DNA from: Eledone cirrhosa
Lineage: Eukaryota
DNA length: 64,000 bases
Reading direction: 5' to 3'
Assembly: GCA_964016885.1 (NCBI GenBank)
Contig: OZ024741.1
Location: 150,846,001-150,910,000 of the forward strand
A program made the position numbers and the translations under genes. The notes below the pieces were generated by a model. That model was not told the DNA's origin. It did no database searches and saw nothing but the letters and a program-made list of their open reading frames with translations. Of this stretch, positions 17,088-29,196 are shown one piece after another. The number at the start of each line of letters is the position of its first letter. The first letter of the stretch is position 1.

Positions 17088-17103
17088 CACGTATATATAT
17101 ATA

Positions 17104-17143
<40 letters not shown>

Positions 17144-18773
17144 TTTTAAATTTTACACTATTTTGTAATTGCACTAAGCAGTCAAGGTATACGATAAAAA
17201 CAAATGCTTTTCTACTTAATATAAAAAAATTGTATTCTTCAATTTGATAATCTACACATATTTGGTTAGCTTGGTGACGAAATGTCTGGCTTATACGTGA
17301 AGTGTGTAAAGATGTTGGTGATATCTAGATTTGAAGGAGATTACTGTTAATCCAATATATCATTTATATGCTGTATTTGTGTACACATTAGCTGAGTAAA
17401 TAATTTCTGTGAGTGGGCGCGTTGTTGTGCGAATGTGGTTTTGCAGTGTTGTTTTAAGGAAGAACAATTTAGTTTTATACAATATATTTTGGAAAATGTT
17501 GTGCATGCTAAGGAAGAGTTAAATAAAAGGTTTTAAAAAGCCTTGTATTATCAATCTTGTGATTTTTGAATTATCGAATCTTGATTCCCTTTGTTTATAC
17601 TAAATCATATGTATATTATTGAATAATGCGATAAGAGGCCGGAAAGTTGAAATACCTTTCAAATTGTTATTCTGCAGACACTATATATATTTCAATGACC
17701 AATAAGAATCCAGTGATTCTTCAGGCGCATTGTATAACAGTTATAAAGGAAATATGATGAACACAGGTTGTGTACACGGAGACAAAAAAATAAAGATAAA
17801 AATACTTGATCCGGGGGCAGCCTACGTCCAGCCCTTAAGGTAAGGCTTACTATATATATATATATATATAAATAAATGGACCCTTAGAGCAAATATTTAA
17901 TATAAGAACAGATTAAAGTTTAAGCAAAGAATCGCTGATGTCACTCTTAACTTATGCATGCAACATATTTCCCTCAGCAAATACATATATATATATACAT
18001 ATGTGTATGTGTGTGTTTGGGTGTATGTATTTGCTTGTGTGACTGTAGGCAAACCTAGAACTATTAAAATAATTGATACTTTCATCACAGTGGACTATGC
18101 TCGTGCACTTTTTTAAGAACATGGATATGTAAGCTGTGCTTCTATCGGATCGGACGACGGTTTTCCAGTGGATTCGATCGATGGAACAGCCTGCTTGTGA
18201 AATGAACGTGCAAATCGCTAAGCAGTTCATAGACACGTGTACCACTAATGTAATTCTCAAGGAGACTCAGCGTGACATAATATATGACAAGAATGGTTCT
18301 TTGAATAACAAGCACACGTTACTTTTGCCAGATGAATGGTCTGGAGCTACTTGAAATGAACTATCTTTCTCAAGGACTCCGTGCGCCTCCAACAAAATGA
18401 TTCCACAACCTTACGATCATTAGCCGAACTCCCTAAACACTAAGCCACGTTTTTCCACCAAAGAACAATCGAAATAAGTAATTACAATCATCACAGATTA
18501 CGAGCAAGCCAAACTTAATGTAGGTATGTCTATAGGAAATAAAATGAGCCAGGGGATAAAAGGAGAAGACATTGCCATGAGGCAATGATGAAATGACGAT
18601 GGACTTGAACGCAAAGAAATCTTGGAATTGGTATATATAACATGAAGGCTTTTCTCTGTCTCACGATTTTTTATTCCGTAAACATTGATGCGATAGTAAT
18701 AGTAACAATTATATTTTTGCTGTTTACGCCAGACAATTTGTTTTGTTGTGTTGTTATTATTATTGCTATTTTA

Positions 18774-19836
18774 AGGGCGGTGGATTGGCAGTATCGTTAG
18801 AGAGTCGGAAGCCATGCTTTGCAGCATAGAGTTACGGCCCTTTATGATCTGTGTTTAAATCATGCCGAGGTTAACGTTGCCTTTAATCATTACGCGGTCG
18901 ATAAAATAAAGTACCAGTCACGCACTGGGTCGGTTTAGTCGACTTTCTCCCCCCCCCCCCCAATTGCTGGCCTTGTGCAAATTATTATTGCTATTTTATA
19001 CCATCTCCACGCATGAGCTCACCATTCTTTATTCGTATCGGTTGAGCGTCAGACACTATGCTTTGCAACATAGAGTCATGGTCCTTTACTTTCTCAGTTC
19101 AAATCTCGCTGAGGTTAGCTTTGCATTTCATCCTTACGGAGTCGATAATACAGCACCAGTAATGCACTGGAGTAAATGCTGGCCTTGTGCCCCAAATAGT
19201 AAAATTATTATTATTATTTCTCCTGTGGTATGTATGTATGTATGTATGTATGTATGTATGTATGTATGTATGTATGTATGTATGTATGTATGTATGTATG
19301 TATGTATGTATGTATGTATGTATGTTGTATGTATGTTGTATGTATGTTGTATGTATGTATGTATGTATGTATGTATGTATGTATGTATGTATGTATGTAT
19401 GTATGTATGTATGTATGTATGTATGTATGTATGCATGCATGCATGCATGCATGCATGTATGTAGGTCGGTTGGTGTTGATTGGCAGTATCGGTAGGGCGT
19501 CTCACATCATGCCTTGCAGCAAGAGTTTATTGCCCTTTACGTTCTGAGTTGAAATCCCACCGAGGTTAACTTTGCCTTCCACCCTTAGGGGGGGGGTCGA
19601 TAAAATAAAGTACCAGTCACACACTGAGGTCGATTCAATCGACTTTCACCTCCCCCCAAATGACTGGCCTTGTGCCTACATCAGAAATCATTATTGGCCC
19701 TTGCCATTCTGAGTTCGAATCCCGCCGAGGTTAACTTCGCCTTTCATCCTTATGGGGTCGATAAAATAAAGTACCAGTAATACACTGGGTATTTGCTGGC
19801 CTTGTGCCAAAAGTAGAAACAATTATTATTATTATT
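18774..19836 (+). mobile_element. head-to-tail cluster of four SINE S1 copies with a (TATG)n insert
   Basis: Copies at about 18774-18990, 19034-19217, 19474-19694 and 19696-19836, each ending in (TTA)n. Confidence 0.9.
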
Positions 19837-21940
19837 GCTCGTTTGATTCAGATGTCTTTGAGTCTGCTCCTCTAAGTTGTTTTTCACCTGTATTTTTTTA
19901 AACGTGTTTTGTTTTTGTGATACAAACTATAAACAGGGCGCCATACATTCCCCCCAGAAAAGGCACCCCCATAATATTTTGCCTTGATCCCAAGTATTGA
20001 AATTATGTTGGCAAAATACACCCACAAAAAATTAATGGAGGCGACACCCCCTTCATAATCTCAAAAGAGTGTAAAAATATTTTACACCTGCAAAACATGA
20101 CTCACTATTTCAGCAAATATCCAAAGAGCACAACAACAGCGTCACCACTGTCACCACCACCACTACAGAAACAACCAGCAAGGCCACCACCGCCAACAAT
20201 AACAACAACAGCCACAACAACAAAAAACATCAACAACAATAGCAACAGCAGAAACAACGGCAACGACAACAAAAACAGTAGCAGCGATAGCAACAATGAC
20301 AACGACAACGACAACGACAACAGTAACAACAATAACAACAACAATAGTAACAACAATAACAACAATAATGGCACAGCACAGACCACTGGTAAAACTTTCC
20401 AAACCGCTATCACCATCACAGAAGCAAAAGAGAATGACAAGAACAAGCAACAATAATACAAGAAATAACACTCCCACCGCCAGTCTGGACTAGACCAACC
20501 GCATAAGGTCATCTTGATTGTATTTAGATAAGTTTTTGATTGGGTTAACAGATAGGGATAGCATAGAGTATCCACAATTTCAAATGGTTGCCTATGCAGA
20601 CCACAAATTTATGATCTGCATGGTCGACCTAGATAGAACACAGACAGGGACCCAGTTTCTGTAAGCTTAACGTGTCGTTCCTGACGCGAAAAGCCTACGG
20701 CAACTGGATTAGCACATTAGTTAAGTCCCAGTTCACAGAGGCAGTCGCCAACAACAGGTGATAGAGAGCTCTCAAGAGAGCAATTAGAGTTTGAATAGTC
20801 TGCGTTACATGCTAGACCTTTCGGCGAGATCTTAGCCAATGTCTACACCAACTGACAGCAGATCGGAAGAAATCAATCCCAGTTCTTTGAGCTGAGAAGT
20901 TATCGCACTGCTGAGAAAGGACTCAAACAAGGGGATTCATATTGATAACTTTAGGCGTATAACTTTGCTAAACGCACAGTTCTAAATTTTGGCCAAGAGG
21001 TTGTCGCTTGTAGTTACGTTTCTGGTTGAGGTGTCGTAACCTTCCGCCACCACAAACAGATCAGAGGAGTAGTTTTGGCCCTATTTTCTTGGAATGGCTG
21101 CAATCTACAGCAACATCTGTTCGGTGGTCTGAGTCATTCAGCAACATGTGCTCAGTCCACCAGAGATGTCTCCCTCTTGTCTCTCTTATACATACTCATT
21201 CTCGAACCATTACTATATAAGTTAGATGCGCTGAGGGGCGGCCCTCGCGAACTAGGTTGTGGGAGATCCGTGTCGTAACCGACGACGTCACTGTACTACT
21301 GTTGACCTCCGAACACATCGAGGTGATAGGCACTGCTCTAACGAAATATGAGATGGTGACGGGAGCAAATATTAAACAGTAAGAGTCGGGAATATGCACC
21401 TCGGCACCTGGAGAAAAAGATCCAGGCCGTACAGGCACGTCTCTGTGTGCTGCATAGGTCTGGTGAACAAAAACTGGGACGAGGTAACGAACAGAGTGGC
21501 CTGTCTCAGTCAGCTAGAAATGGGCCGAGAGGAAACTATCCAGGAAAGGTCGTGCGTAAGTTGTGAATGTGCATATTGCCCTCCGTTCTTTGTGAAAAGG
21601 ACGGCTTTCAATGGTTGGGCGTTCCATCTGCTGTCAATATCGCTGCGTGATGATGAATCGTTGTGATAGCTCACAGCTTTCCTTTAGCCGGGAAGGGCAA
21701 ACTGTTTCTATTTATTGGGAGGCCATGGCAAAATAAGTTGTTGGGTGGACGTACTTAAAATTGTTGAGGATAGGCGCTTTTCTCTTTAGTAAAGCCCTGA
21801 TCAACATTTTCAAGTTTCACTTGAAGAAGAAAATCAGAGTGGACAGGGAAGTGGATAAGAGAGGCGAACAATGCCCGAGTGAACAGGCCTGCTCTGAATA
21901 TGAGTCAGTAGATTGAAGGAGGACAACTGGGAACGAATAT
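19837..21940 (+). mobile_element. heavily decayed and deleted Tx1/L1-clade LINE
   Basis: Thr/Asn-rich ORF1-like start (20097); ORF2 remnants LEPLLYKLDALRGGPRELGCGRSVS, HLGTWR, NWDEVTNRVA and FKFHLKKKIRVDRE match ORF 32643-34367. Confidence 0.85.
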
Positions 21941-22250
21941 TTTTTCTAGCAGTCATCGTGGACGTGGGTTTTTGTGGGCTTCCACGTGTGACCATCAGAA
22001 GTTTCTCTACTATTGGAGAATTTACTTTGATTGAATTTTTTAAAGTTTGTTGAGTTTACGGGTAAAAAATGAACATTGTTGTGTCCATTGTTGTTTCGAA
22101 GACAGAAATTGTGCTTAAGACCGCCGCATGTACATTCATATATATGCTTCCGCGCATCTGCGCAGGTATGCATGTTTCACAAACGTTCTTGGTAAGAACA
22201 GTTATTCTTGATTATCGGAGTTTGTAAGTGCGTCCTGTTATGCCTAATCA

Positions 22251-22289
<39 letters not shown>

Positions 22290-22291
<2 letters not shown>

Positions 22292-23170
22292 TTGTTACTT
22301 TATCACGCTGTGAAGATGGAATATGTGCTGGAATATTTAGTCATCTATCAAATCACAACAAGGACCTACCTCAGGTAGATTATATTTTCCTTAAAATGTG
22401 CAGGACGTAGCAAGGCTACGTTGCATGGTATTCCAAACCCCTTTAAGATGTCATGAAATTTCAATAGGATTGATCCTAATGACCCAATCACAATTGATAT
22501 GACTTTCATATTACCTTCTCGCATTCCAAACAGTCAAGTCACATCTACTTTCAATTCGGCGTAGTTGGCTATTTTTTTACCTCTTTACTCACAATATTCA
22601 TACCATTTGGTTTTGGTATGGCAGTATTTGTCTTTCTTGTTCAACACAACAATGTCAGGTCGGCGATGCTAAATTACTCTATCAGTATGAAAATCATAAT
22701 CCCAGAAAATCGTTGCTTTCCCATCCTCCAGCATTACTTTACAATGCACATGCTCATATCAATTCTCTATTGCTTCGTATTGGTATTTACGACATAACAG
22801 CCAATGAAGGTACAAACAAACTTTCTCATGGTGGCACTATTCTTTTTGCGCAAGCTCTCACATTCACTTACCAAGTGTGATATATATTTTCACATTATTT
22901 TCAGAGTCTGCATATCTGGGTGTTGTAGATGTTAAATTTTACTGAATTGGTAGCAAGAATTTGAGCTGGTGCTGCGATTATAAGGCTTCGATAGTACGCT
23001 TCAAATCACCTTTCTTAAGCCATGTCCATGATTTTGTTATAGCCACGATATCTTACCTATTTATTTCAAACTGTCAATGCATTCACATTTCCAGAAACAG
23101 GAAATGGTTTATGAGTGGTCCTTCATTTCCATATTGGTAAGCCATTTTAACTTTCCTAAGTGTCAGTGTT
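22290..23170 (-). mobile_element. decayed R4/Dong-clade LINE 3' part
   Basis: Minus strand reads SWTWLKKGDLK... and WDYDFHTDRVI*HRRPDIVVL (restriction-like endonuclease), with many stops. Confidence 0.8.
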
Positions 23171-23746
23171 ATAAGGATAAGAACAATGACAGAGTGCATA
23201 CGTGCTAGAATCAATTATGTAGAAGTGAAAGGTTTATAATAGAAAAAGCTCAACATATATTATGAATGTGAAGGTGAACGACATCTGTGTATATGTAATG
23301 AGAATAATTTTTCAAAGAGATTTTAGTATGCTTTATATAGGCGTTTGTTTCCCTGATGTCTGAAAATATTAGGTTTGCTACAGATATTTACGTATACATA
23401 TTCACACACACATATACATGCACATGTACACAGACATACATACATAGATACATAGCGAAGATGTTGTATGTTATATGTGATGTATATTGTATGCTATACG
23501 TTATGTGTTGCATTTGATGTCTACGTGACGGTCCAGGTCAGTCAAACATTTTTCCTGAGTTCAGTTTTTTTCGTCGCTATGGCAATGCGGCCCGACTATC
23601 GGTCGCTGTATTTGATTTGCAAAGCTGTTTAAACGTATTGTTATAACTCTGGGGTAATATTAACCATTGAGTGCTTAGCTGCACACCGAATCTGCATTCG
23701 TTAGCTTGGCTGCTGCCAAAAGCTTCCATGATGCTGTACTAAAATT

Positions 23747-23820
<74 letters not shown>

Positions 23821-23924
23821 CTACAGCAAAATCTATACGTTTTGTTACGAAGAATGAACTGTGACGTGAACTTATTTCTAAAAACCCATTCCGGGTCATG
23901 TAAGGAACGCTTTTTAGTTTTTAT

Positions 23925-23964
23925 GCCCTTGAGAAGCCCTTTCGGGCGAAACGTACGTAAGTGC
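23925..23964 (+). ncRNA. type I hammerhead, U3-A8 variant (family H-E)
   Basis: UUGAGAA GCCC uuuc GGGC GAAAC guac GUA|agugc; stems II and III are perfect, stem I is imperfect. Confidence 0.7.
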
Positions 23965-24028
23965 TATTTTAAATAAACGGTTTAACGGTTTGTTCTCCTT
24001 TATATATATTTCTCCACGTATATATATA

Positions 24029-24112
<84 letters not shown>

Positions 24113-24215
24113 TGTGTGTGTGTCTGTGTGTGTGTATGTAAAAGGTAAACAGAAATAACAACACAATCGGTACAGTATACGGAAGGGATATATTAGGTTA
24201 ACGCTTGAAGAGGGT

Positions 24216-24249
24216 CATAACGTTTCGGACGCTAGTCCTTCGTCAGAAG
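24216..24249 (-). ncRNA. minimal hammerhead (family H-C)
   Basis: cuu CUGACGA a GGAC uagc GUCC GAAAC GUU|aug. Confidence 0.7.
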
Positions 24250-24868
24250 AAATAATGAGAAATAAGATAGATTGAGGGGACGGGCTGGTTGGAATAGGAA
24301 AAAAGTCTTTAAATAAGGTTTAATATAGAAATGGCTTCTGCACAACTAGAACTGTTTCATTGAGTACCTTACTTACTGTGGTTACCTCCGATTGAACCCG
24401 GGATACACAGGGACTCACACACACACATACGTTCTCTACGTCTCTTTCTACGCTTCTTCCCATTTCTCCTTCTCATCTCACTACCATCTGATTTTGTGAC
24501 CTGAAGATTTACCCATCTGCTGCCAAAACAACTATTTTATATATATGTATGTGTATATATATATATATATGTATGTATATATATATATATATATATAATA
24601 TTTACACACACACACTTAAAACTATACACGTGCGAATATAGCCAAGATATGTGTATATATGCTTCGAGTAATTAGTATACAAAATAACAATAAGTTACAA
24701 ACACAGAGAACTGTATGTACATGAAATCTATGTATTCATAGTTAATCTGATATTATCGATATGTAGTGTCCGATACTGACATTGTTAATCGATTCTTTGT
24801 CGGTTTTTATTGTTTTCAACTCTTGGATTTATGTGTTCATGTAAAATGACGTATAGAAAGATGTATAG

Positions 24869-25395
<527 letters not shown>

Positions 25396-25659
25396 TTGTA
25401 TATATCATTTTACATGACTATATATACAGATATAATTACCTATATATTTACAAATTATTCCATCAATCTGGTTCTATATTTCATCTATGTATCGATACGT
25501 CTATGATATTTTACTCTATATCGGTTATGTAAATAGACTTACATATAAAAATAATGCACTGTATCTAACATGTATATATCTTATATATATATATATGTAT
25601 ATAGGACGTGACAAAAATACTCAAAACCCAAGTAGAATTTAAATATTCATTTAATTGCT

Positions 25660-25770
25660 AACTGGTGAGCCTTGCTAATTTGAAGGTTCCCCTGCGCACT
25701 CGCAGGCATGATCATCTGATGAACCTGCGAGTATTCAGGTAGAACTCCAGAGTTACAAGGCTTACTATTT
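25660..25770. ncRNA. degenerate fold-back with hammerhead-like motif in the right arm
   Basis: 25716: CUGAUGA ACCUG cgaguauu CAGGU a GAA CUC ca GAG UU (one A missing from GAAA); the left arm is a decayed inverted copy. Confidence 0.5.
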
Positions 25771-25799
25771 TGCCATTATATATATATATATATATATAT

Positions 25800-26325
25800 G
25801 ATGGCTGCCTCCTCGTTATCGGGTATGGCCATTGCACGATATACCATTATTAATAATTATTAATTAATTCTGTCGTGCAATGCCTGTGCGTGAAGATATT
25901 TTTTAAAGTGAGGAAAGACTGTACACTGAGCCAATCCCACTGTCTGGGCGACAATAGCTATAACCCGAAAAGAAGAAAAGATCAATATCATCGGTAACTA
26001 CTGAGCCGCAGGTTTTATATCGGAGTTATCCGAGTTTCCTGAGTTGCCTTCTCCTAGAAGAATACCCTGACAAAAGCTAGGGGTCCTTCACTCCCAGTGG
26101 CTTAACCGCGCAGTACATGTGTATATACATATTTACACACTTTTGGATGGCCTTTGACTCTTATGAGTTCTTCCGCACTTGGTCAGGTTTTGTTTTTTGT
26201 CCTGCAGGGTGTCCAAAATCACCCTCCTAAGCAAGTAAACTTGGTGGGGTTGCCAGTTTAGTCGCCGACGACCCGACCATGTGACAGGTTGCACTGGGTT
26301 ACATGTTACCAGTAAAACTCAAGAG
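25800..26325 (-). mobile_element. second bipartite RTE-derived element
   Basis: RTE 5' UTR motif ctaggagaaggcaactc; segment agtggga...cactttaaa...cgcacagg is homologous to 14695-14750; RTE-type tail ggccatacccgataacgaggaggcagccat. Confidence 0.65.
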
Positions 26326-26341
26326 TGTATATATATATATA

Positions 26342-26671
26342 TGTCTTTGCGTGTAATTGTTTTTCACCGCTCCTATTAATGACGTATTATTCGTTTTTTC
26401 CCGTTCTTTGCCAGCGAACGTCACCATGAACCAAAGTATCGTCTTCCTGTCTTCCTCCGGTTGCAACGTTTTTTGAAATATCCACTTCTGCGTTAACAGA
26501 TTGACTTTGTTAGTTTCAGAAGATCCCGTTAAGGGTGAAAGCAGCGATTCTTTGCTTAAACTTTAATCTGGTATTTTAATAAATATTTGCTCTACGGTTT
26601 TTATATATTTGATATATATATTTATCCTTATCGATCCCTCTTTGGATTTTAGTCTTCAAATTTATTATTAT

Positions 26672-26680
<9 letters not shown>
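26342..26680 (+). mobile_element. Penelope 3' terminal repeat fragment (family H-G) with hammerhead at 26512-26562
   Basis: Near-identical to 58112-58355; aguuu CAGAAGA u CCC guuaa GGG u GAAAGCA gcgauucuu UGCUU|aaacu; tail also present inverted at 3170-3262, 17885-17951 and 56648-56792. Confidence 0.8.
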
Positions 26681-26734
<54 letters not shown>

Positions 26735-26739
26735 TAAAC

Positions 26740-26942
26740 GGAAAAGAAAATGCTGACAAATTGTTCACAGTGAAAAATAGTTTAATTAGGAATAAGTGAG
26801 AATTAGTAATAGTATTAGTTAGTATTCAGTTTTGGTTTTAAGTTTTACCGGTTGCGCATTTCTAATGCTTTTCAAAATAATTTTGAGATAGATCGTCCGT
26901 GATGTTTGCTCTAGAGCAAACATCACGGACGCTCTATCTCAA
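26740..26942 (-). mobile_element. diverged H-B copy: U3-A8 hammerhead (26844-26877) plus 30-bp-arm hairpin (26883-26942)
   Basis: UUGAAAA GCAU uagaa AUGC GcAAC cg GUA; hairpin centred at 26912/26913. Confidence 0.7.
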
Positions 26943-26991
26943 TATGGGTTCCTAGTGTCCGCGCATTGCCTGGGAACTTAGCTAAGAATAG

Positions 26992-27073
26992 ACTCCCTGA
27001 TGACGTAAGGACTTCTCTATAGTTACATTACGTAACTATATTTATTCCCTTACAGTAACTAATTAGTTGGAGT
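26992..27073 (+). ncRNA. type I hammerhead with extended stem II, A13U
   Basis: acucc CUGAUGA c GUAAGG...UAUAGUUAC auuac GUAACUAUA...CCUUAC a GuAAC UAAUUA GUU|ggagu; a second copy begins at 27532 and runs into the gap. Confidence 0.75.
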
Positions 27074-27542
27074 GAAAATTTTAGTAAGTAAGTTAATTTT
27101 TAATTTTTAAAATTTTCTTGTTTTACGTCTTTCATATAATTGTTCTGCATCCCCCTGCATAGAACTACAAAGGTACTAAGACATAACATATATATTTGCT
27201 AGCATGGGTATACATCTGTATACATATGTTGGTAGATATACTAATTCTCTATATTTATCTCCAAATTATTTGTTGAGCGAAACTTGCCAAAATTTACTGC
27301 TATGGTTTATGGTAGTAGTTAGGCTCTTGTCATAATACCACCCCACTCCTCACTAATTAACCTCAGTGTCACGTAATTGATTCTTTAGAATTTGCCACTG
27401 ACCAAGTAGGCAGTGAATTTTTTCAGTGCCCTGGAATTTAGTCCCCGCTAGCTTTATTCCATCCACTGAATTATTATTTTTATATGGGTTCCTAGTGTCC
27501 GCGCATTGCCTGGGAACTTAGCTGAGAATAGACTCCCTGATG

Positions 27543-27742
27543 NNNNNNNNNNNNNNNNNNNNNNNNNNNNNNNNNNNNNNNNNNNNNNNNNNNNNNNNNN
27601 NNNNNNNNNNNNNNNNNNNNNNNNNNNNNNNNNNNNNNNNNNNNNNNNNNNNNNNNNNNNNNNNNNNNNNNNNNNNNNNNNNNNNNNNNNNNNNNNNNNN
27701 NNNNNNNNNNNNNNNNNNNNNNNNNNNNNNNNNNNNNNNNNN
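27543..27742. other. assembly gap (200 N)
   Basis: Run of N. Confidence 1.
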
Positions 27743-27959
27743 CAGGTAAATAAACACGAATGGTGAGGCAACGTAAAGAGAGGAAAAAATGAGAAAATCA
27801 AGTGAATGATTTATTTGAACATAAGAACTTGACGAGAAGACGAAAGACACATCTTAACCGTGCGAAAGTAAGCGAGGAAAGAATTTTGCACGGTGTGGGA
27901 CGATGGAAGAAGTGAGAGAGAGGGTGAGTAGCAGAGAGTGAGTGAGTGAAAGTGTGAGG

Positions 27960-27990
<31 letters not shown>

Positions 27991-28077
27991 ATACTTATCG
28001 AGCCCTCTTCGGATTTTAGTATTTACATTTATTATTACTACACACACACACACACATATATATATACATATATATAT

Positions 28078-28222
28078 AGGAAAAGAGTCAGGACTCCGAC
28101 GGCTGAGCTCCGCCCGTTTCGACAGCAAGATCAGATTCCTATTACCCACACTACTACCCCAAATATCTAGTACTCTGGTGTGTTATGGTCCATCAGGTTT
28201 CTTACCACACTTTCTTTGTTGT
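28078..28222. mobile_element. H-half element, internally deleted
   Basis: Minus-strand GAAACGG...GCCGUC half followed by the plus-strand family tail. Confidence 0.7.
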
Positions 28223-28679
28223 ATATATATATATATATATAATCATCATCATAGTTTAGTGTCCGCCTTTCGTGCTAGCATGGTTTGGACGTACTATCAC
28301 AGACCCGTACTTACAACGTATAACGAGGGCATCCATAATCCACCTTCAAACGTTACGGGTCTATGTATAAAATAAGCTTATAGGGCCTTCTCATCACTTT
28401 TTATTAGGCTACACACATACACATACATATACAGAAGACAACTGTTTATCAATTATCGTTTATCGGAGAGTTATGAACCTGACAGGGTTTACGATAAAGC
28501 CACAAGGTTAGACCAGCAACAAGCTCTCCATGCAACATTCATTCATAATGGGATTTTAGTTTTATTTTTTTTTTCTGCTTTATCTTTGTTTATGCTGTTT
28601 TTCTGTCAAACACACTACTTGAGATACACCTACGCGAAATATATAAGATATATTTTTCCAAACTCCGATGTTCCAACCT

Positions 28680-28760
<81 letters not shown>

Positions 28761-28890
28761 ATCTATCTCTCTCTCTCTCTGAATTCTCCATTTCTTGAAG
28801 AAGGACTTCGTCCGAAGCGCCCAGCCCTCCTCTACTTCCTTCAATACCTCTTTAACTACATATAGTAATAATGATAATAATAATAATAAT

Positions 28891-29196
28891 CCCGAAACTG
28901 ACAACCATGTTCAATGACTGCTTGATGTCCGGTGAGGTACCAGAGTGGTTGACAAAAGGTACCACAGTTCTGATAATGAAAGACCGAATCAAGGGTAATG
29001 ATGTTACCAACTATAGACCTATCACATGTCTGTCCGTAATGTGGAAACTGTTGACAAGCATTATGTCTGAGGAAATTTACCATCACCTCCACACAAACAA
29101 CTTGTTACCGGATGAACAGAAAGGATGCCGAAAGAAGTCACGTGGTACAAAGGACCAGTTACTTATTGATAAGATGGTAATGAGGAATTGCAAGAG
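28891..29196 (+). mobile_element. R4/Dong LINE family A, RT fragment
   Basis: [11 protein letters not shown]...NYRPITCL...[20 protein letters not shown], nearly identical to 40143-40448; preceded by (TAA)n. Confidence 0.95.

Noticed and set aside
17952-18700. Complex-looking unique sequence with short ORFs; possible host exon
   Set aside because: Stops in all plus frames after the candidate acceptor and no recognisable domain; cannot be supported without RNA data
19229-19460. Regular repeats as a CRISPR array
   Set aside because: Simple (TATG)n with no unique spacers; eukaryotic context
26991-27003. gactcc-CTGATGA as the missing 5' half of the H-half family
   Set aside because: It has its own stems II and III and stem I partner (ggagt 27069-27073), so it is a separate complete hammerhead
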